Source: an uncultured Oscillospiraceae bacterium
GTDB taxonomy: Bacteria; Bacillota; Clostridia; Oscillospirales; QAMX01
Assembly (NCBI GenBank): GCA_964439435.1
Contig: CAYTOF010000001.1
Coordinates: 5,585 to 69,584, forward strand
DNA length: 64,000 nucleotides
Direction of reading: 5' to 3'
The notes beneath the pieces are model-generated. The model had not been told where the DNA came from. It saw only the letters and a list, made by a program, of their open reading frames with translations, and made no database searches. Shown here piece after piece: positions 59,897 through 64,000 of the stretch; position 1 is the stretch's first letter, and the number at the start of each line of letters is the position of its first letter. The translations under genes and the position numbers were made by a program.

Positions 59897-60114
59897 GAAA
59901 AGTAAAAAAGATCGTTCTTGGACAAATCTTCTCCAAGACTCGAGCTTAAAATTCGGAAAGGAGAGCAATTGGCTTTGTCGAGCACTCAAACAGACAGAGA
60001 GGTGCTCTTCCGCGGAATTTCAAAGAGAAAAGACAATGGCTTGGTTAAAGCCGCACAGATGAAGGTGAAAGATTGATCTTGGAGAGAAAAATATAGCACA
60101 TGGGGTGACGGGAA

Positions 60115-61950
60115 ATGGAACAGACGGAAAGTAAAGATATAAAGGCAAAAAAGGAGGCGCAATGGCACCATTGCCGGGAAGAACTTGAAAAGAGCGGGAT
60201 GCGTGCAAAGGAGCAAGACCCTGAATTACCCAATGTTTTTTGCGCTTACAACATCCGGCTTCCCATGACAGATGGAACCGGGCTTGCAACAGACATATAC
60301 TTTCCGTCTGAAATCGGACCTTTTCCTGTAATACTTGCCCGCAGCACATATGGAAAACCGTCTGCCGAAGCGGAGAGGTGGATGCTTCGAGGATATGTCT
60401 TGGTTATCCAGGATGTTCGAGGGCTTGGAGACAGCGAAGGGGAATTTGTTGCCTTTGAACCGGACGGTTGGGGCCCGGATCACACCGACGGCAACGATAC
60501 GATAAAGTGGATAATGTCGCAGCCTTGGTGTAGTGGCAAAGTCGGTACCTACGGAGGGTCTGCCCTCGGGATAACACAAGTGCGCCTTGCTCCCGGCAGC
60601 AAAACTTTGTCGGCACAGACAATAAGTGCCGCAGCCTCAGATTTTTATGGAAATCTCGCATATCAGGGCGGTGTGTGGAGAAAGGAACTCTGTGAGGGCT
60701 GGCTGGCTCTGTTTGGAGAGAAGGGTAAAAAGACAAAGGAAATCTGGAAAGCTCATCCGCAAAAAGATGAGTATTGGGAACGCTACGATGTGGAGTCAAG
60801 GGCGTATGAGATCACCGCCCCGGGGATTCATTTCGGAGGTTGGTGGGATATCTTTGCCCAGGGGACAATCAACAGCTTTTTAACCCGTCAAAATAAAGGT
60901 GGAGAGGGTGCACGGGGAAATCAAGTGCTCATAATGAAAAACTGTCCCCACGGGGAGTTTCCTCAACCGGATTACACTTATAGAGAAAACAGAGACGAAC
61001 TCAGAGTGTCTCATCATGAGTTCGCATTCTTTGACCATTGGCTCAAAGGAGAGGAAAAGAGCGACCTTTTAACGAAACGCGTCAAATACTACATTATAGG
61101 GGACGATTCAGATATGCAGGCGCCCGGCAATGAGTGGAGAGAAGCGGACTCATGGCCGCCCTTTGAAATTGACGAAGTGCCCTTTTTCTTGAGTGCAGAT
61201 AAAAAGCTTTGCTCTGATAAAGAAGACGCAGTTGAGGGTTTCTTGACATTTGAAGCGGACCCCCACAATCCTTGCCCCACTCTTGGAGGCCAAAACCTGA
61301 CGATTGCAGCCGGACCTTGGGATCAGAGAAGAGTCAGCTCCGGCCAGATCGATTTCGTAAAAAATTACAACCATCTTGAAAGACCATCGGGATGGGATGA
61401 GCTTTTGAGATTGTATGAGCAGGATGATATCTTAGTGCCAAGAACGGATATATTGGAATTTGAAACAGAGGAATTGACCACTCCCCTTGAAATTGCAGGT
61501 CAAGTACGAGTAGCACTCTGTGTTTCCACCAACGTTCCGGACACGGATTTCACAGCAAAGCTGGTGGACATATACCCCGATGGCCGGGAGATTTTGTTGC
61601 TTGACAGTATTGTAAGGCTGAAATACAGAGTGGGTTTTGAAAGAGCGGCACCCCCTATGCAAAAAGGAGAAGTCGTCCCCATAGAGATTGACCTCTGGCA
61701 TACAAGCTGTATTTTCAATACCGGACATAAAATAGGACTTCGGATTTCCGGGAGCAATTATCCGAGATTTGAGATAAATCCAAATACGGGAGAGGATTTC
61801 CCTTCGGATTTGCCGATGATGGTGGCTAAAAACACAGTTCAAATGGGCAAAAACTTTGAAAGTGCACTGATCTTGCCACTGCGGGCAAGTGGAGGTATAA
61901 CTGCTGGAAAGACCGATACGGCTTTTCTACCAAAAACTTCAAAGAGATAA
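60115..61950 (+). CDS. CocE/NonD family (S15 X-Pro dipeptidyl-peptidase-like) hydrolase
   Basis: Pattern MTDGTGLATDIYFP...PVILARSTYGK and a nucleophile elbow GTYGGSALG. The start could instead be Met29 (60199). Confidence 0.75.
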   Translation: MEQTESKDIKAKKEAQWHHCREELEKSGMRAKEQDPELPNVFCAYNIRLPMTDGTGLATDIYFPSEIGPFPVILARSTYGKPSAEAERWMLRGYVLVIQDVRGLGDSEGEFVAFEPDGWGPDHTDGNDTIKWIMSQPWCSGKVGTYGGSALGITQVRLAPGSKTLSAQTISAAASDFYGNLAYQGGVWRKELCEGWLALFGEKGKKTKEIWKAHPQKDEYWERYDVESRAYEITAPGIHFGGWWDIFAQGTINSFLTRQNKGGEGARGNQVLIMKNCPHGEFPQPDYTYRENRDELRVSHHEFAFFDHWLKGEEKSDLLTKRVKYYIIGDDSDMQAPGNEWREADSWPPFEIDEVPFFLSADKKLCSDKEDAVEGFLTFEADPHNPCPTLGGQNLTIAAGPWDQRRVSSGQIDFVKNYNHLERPSGWDELLRLYEQDDILVPRTDILEFETEELTTPLEIAGQVRVALCVSTNVPDTDFTAKLVDIYPDGREILLLDSIVRLKYRVGFERAAPPMQKGEVVPIEIDLWHTSCIFNTGHKIGLRISGSNYPRFEINPNTGEDFPSDLPMMVAKNTVQMGKNFESALILPLRASGGITAGKTDTAFLPKTSKR

Positions 61951-62003
61951 CAAAATCTAAATTTCAGGATGATTTGATGAACGTAAAAGAAGACAGCCAT
62001 ATA

Positions 62004-62039
62004 AAAAGCTCATCTGCCGGCGAAGACAGATGAGCTTTT
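62004..62039. terminator. Bidirectional terminator between convergent genes
   Basis: 13-bp perfect stem AAAAGCTCATCTG / CAGATGAGCTTTT with a 10-nt loop. Confidence 0.85.
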
Positions 62040-62052
62040 AAAACAGTGATAT

Positions 62053-62721
62053 CTACTCCCCTGAAAAAGGAGCCCTTCTGCCGGGACATTCGAGCTTTGG
62101 GCACAGAGAACAGTTCTCATAGGGCTCGTTGCTGTTGAAAATTATACCTGACAGGGATTTTGTGGGCAACATCAACATACTGCCTGTCAATTTAACGCCT
62201 ATGTCAACTTCGACATTTCCAAGGATTGCAAAAAGATCCTTTTGACCTTCCAAAGGCCATTCTTTAAGCGAACCCGGATTCAAAGAGGACACAAATGACG
62301 TGCTTGGATAATATTTCTCTTTTACGATGCGAGACAGAGCCATGCGTGCTTTTGAGAGATACAAAAGCTTGATGGTGTCAGCTATATGTCTCTCCAGAGC
62401 ATCATCAAGGGAATTGGACCAATTTTCAAGCTCAACACCGCATGTTGCCACATAGGGCACGGCAAAGGACACCGTACACAATTTCGAGGCCACAAAGGTA
62501 TTTTCAATGGAAATGTTGTTGATATGTACTGTATCGCCCTCTGATCTCACAGGATAAAGGGCATGGACGGACTTGGGAGATGCGATTTTGCCGCTATCCG
62601 CAAGGAGTTCCTCCGCGATTTCGGCAATGATTGAATCATTGTCCTTTGGAACTTTGAGTGCGGTTAAAAGTTCATCAAGTGCCAGATAGGAGTCAAAATC
62701 TTTAATGATACTGTTATTCAT
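62053..62721 (-). CDS. Methionine-synthase-activation-domain-like (Met_synt_B12-like) protein
   Basis: 222 aa, with a size and C-terminal Cys cluster (CSLCPKLECPGR) resembling the stand-alone vitamin-B12-dependent methionine synthase activation-region proteins of Clostridia. Recalled from memory and not verified. Confidence 0.45.
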   Translation of the reverse strand: MNNSIIKDFDSYLALDELLTALKVPKDNDSIIAEIAEELLADSGKIASPKSVHALYPVRSEGDTVHINNISIENTFVASKLCTVSFAVPYVATCGVELENWSNSLDDALERHIADTIKLLYLSKARMALSRIVKEKYYPSTSFVSSLNPGSLKEWPLEGQKDLFAILGNVEVDIGVKLTGSMLMLPTKSLSGIIFNSNEPYENCSLCPKLECPGRRAPFSGE

Positions 62722-62769
62722 TGAGCGTCCTTAAGCGGCTGCGATGCGGCTTTTACAAGAAAAGTTGTC

Positions 62770-64000
62770 TTATTTGAAATAACCAAGATAGGCTTTGTTG
62801 GCTTCGAACATCTCATCCACCATCTCTTTAATCTCCGCCAAACTGAGAACAGCCGATGTCAGCGGGTCATTTTGTATAGCATAGAGAATTTTGCGCTTGT
62901 CACCTTCGATAAAGGCGTTTACGGCAAGCTCTTCGCATCGAGCGCTGGTGTTTACCAGAACGGCAAGGTGATCGGGCAGCGGGCCAACGTGACAGGAGCG
63001 GATCATGCCTTTTTGGGCCACAACGGGGATTTCCACGCAGCAACCCCAGGGGAGATTGTCTATATGCCCGAAGTTGCGGACGTTTCCGTTGAATTCAAAC
63101 ATTGTGTTGTCACCAAAGACAGCATTGAAAATATAAGAGGCATATTCACCGCCGCGCTTAAGATCGGGCTTGTGGTTTGCAATGTATTCCTTTAACTCGT
63201 CTTCCCAGGTGTCCTCTCTGTGGAGATATTCGTTGAGAATATATGCGTATTCCCCGGGATTCCAACCGGTGCCATGGGTGCAATATTTTTCTATCAGGTC
63301 CGGGCGTTTTCTGAACCAGGCATTGTATTCTGAGTTGTGGCCTGAAGACTCTGTGACATAATAGTCAAAATGTAAAAACATTTCATTGCGTACGATTTCG
63401 ACGTTGTATATCTCGGGATTTGTCACCGCTTCTCTTATTTGCGGATATGCATCTTTTCCTTTGACCTTGAAGTCAAGGTAGTATGCCTGGTGGTTTATGC
63501 CGGCACAGGTGTATGTGACATCCTCCATATCTGCTCCAATCCAGTGAGCAAGCATATGGGCGGTTCCCTGTACGCTGTGGCAAAGACCTGTTATGTTGGC
63601 CTTTGTCTCACTTTGCATAAGCCTGCAAAGCATTGCCATGGGGTTTGTATAGTTCAAAACTATTGCATCCGGACAATATTTTTCCACGTCACGGCAAATT
63701 TCGAGCATTTCAGGTGCGGTGCGGAGGAAACGGAAAATTCCGGAGGGGCCTCGTGTATCGCCAACGTTGATGTCGACACCATATTTTTTGGGGATTTCGA
63801 TGTCTGTGCGAAACACATTCACACCGCCCGAGAGTATGGTGATGAGCACACCATCTGCGTTCTCCAGCGCTTCTTTGCGGTCGAGGGTGGCCGTCACGGT
63901 GGCGGGATAGTTGCCCTCTTCCACGATCATGTCCACGGCTTGCTTTATGTAAGAAAGGCGCGTGGGATTGATGTCCATCAGCGCAATTTCAGCATCTTTA
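62770..64000 (-). CDS. GH4 family alpha-glucosidase/alpha-galactosidase (N-terminus lies beyond the right window edge)
   Basis: Motifs NYTNPMAM and GLCHSVQGT. The reading frame stays open upstream of the track Met at 63978 (..[15 protein letters not shown]), so the Rossmann N-terminus is outside the window. Confidence 0.85.
   Translation of the reverse strand, partial: KDAEIALMDINPTRLSYIKQAVDMIVEEGNYPATVTATLDRKEALENADGVLITILSGGVNVFRTDIEIPKKYGVDINVGDTRGPSGIFRFLRTAPEMLEICRDVEKYCPDAIVLNYTNPMAMLCRLMQSETKANITGLCHSVQGTAHMLAHWIGADMEDVTYTCAGINHQAYYLDFKVKGKDAYPQIREAVTNPEIYNVEIVRNEMFLHFDYYVTESSGHNSEYNAWFRKRPDLIEKYCTHGTGWNPGEYAYILNEYLHREDTWEDELKEYIANHKPDLKRGGEYASYIFNAVFGDNTMFEFNGNVRNFGHIDNLPWGCCVEIPVVAQKGMIRSCHVGPLPDHLAVLVNTSARCEELAVNAFIEGDKRKILYAIQNDPLTSAVLSLAEIKEMVDEMFEANKAYLGYFK

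Overview
This window is the chromosomal replication-origin neighbourhood of a Firmicutes (Clostridia-like) genome, and it is almost entirely core housekeeping DNA. Everything here was read by eye from the sequence and the ORF track; no searches or folding programs were run. RNA ends and promoter calls are approximate, and family names rest on recognised motifs.

Gene order:
- Left arm, minus strand: recR<dnaX<SRP RNA, one plus-strand LUD gene, then Gfo-oxidoreductase<jag<yidC<yidD<rnpA<rpmH<dagK-like.
- Right arm, plus strand: dnaA>dnaN>yaaA>recF>DUF370>gyrB>gyrA>rnhA>nifS>nifU.
- After that: a DUF4091 gene, RNase P RNA, DUF1292, an aldo-keto reductase, pdxK, a D-Ala-D-Ala carboxypeptidase with an unknown membrane protein, mfd, a PrsA-like lipoprotein, pgeF, and an orphan solute-binding protein.
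- Then an SbcD/SbcC-like pair (YhaO/YhaN type), lepA, hemW, an AT-rich islet with a lipoprotein gene, and a D-lyxose-isomerase-like cupin.
- Then a lone holin-family gene, a TIM-barrel/PmoA-family/Gfo operon, an MBOAT-DHHW pair, a third Gfo paralog, fhs, tsaE, tsaB, an RluA-type synthase, and potABCD.
- Last, a glycoside-hydrolase-rich cluster: beta-helix protein, DUF2961/GH172, CocE/NonD, a MetH-activation-like protein, and a GH4 gene truncated at the right edge.

I found no CRISPR array, transposase, integrase, prophage block, tRNA or rRNA, and no obvious defence island.

The items most worth a second look:
1. A phased array of TGTGGA hexamers between gyrA and rnhA. It reads equally well as a DnaA-box-like cluster or as a 27-codon CX3CX2CX3C micro-ORF.
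2. A 24-nt near-perfect direct repeat bracketing the dnaA-dnaN oriC spacer.
3. An SbcC-like ATPase that has a two-helix membrane hairpin where a zinc hook would be expected.
4. A roughly 600-bp AT-rich islet flanked by a 9-bp direct repeat.
5. The TIM/PmoA/Gfo operon with a 27-bp palindrome upstream.
6. An MBOAT-DHHW module preceded by a long leader that contains a candidate 47-codon membrane peptide.
7. An 11-nt motif repeated in the divergent promoter region of the glycosidase cluster.
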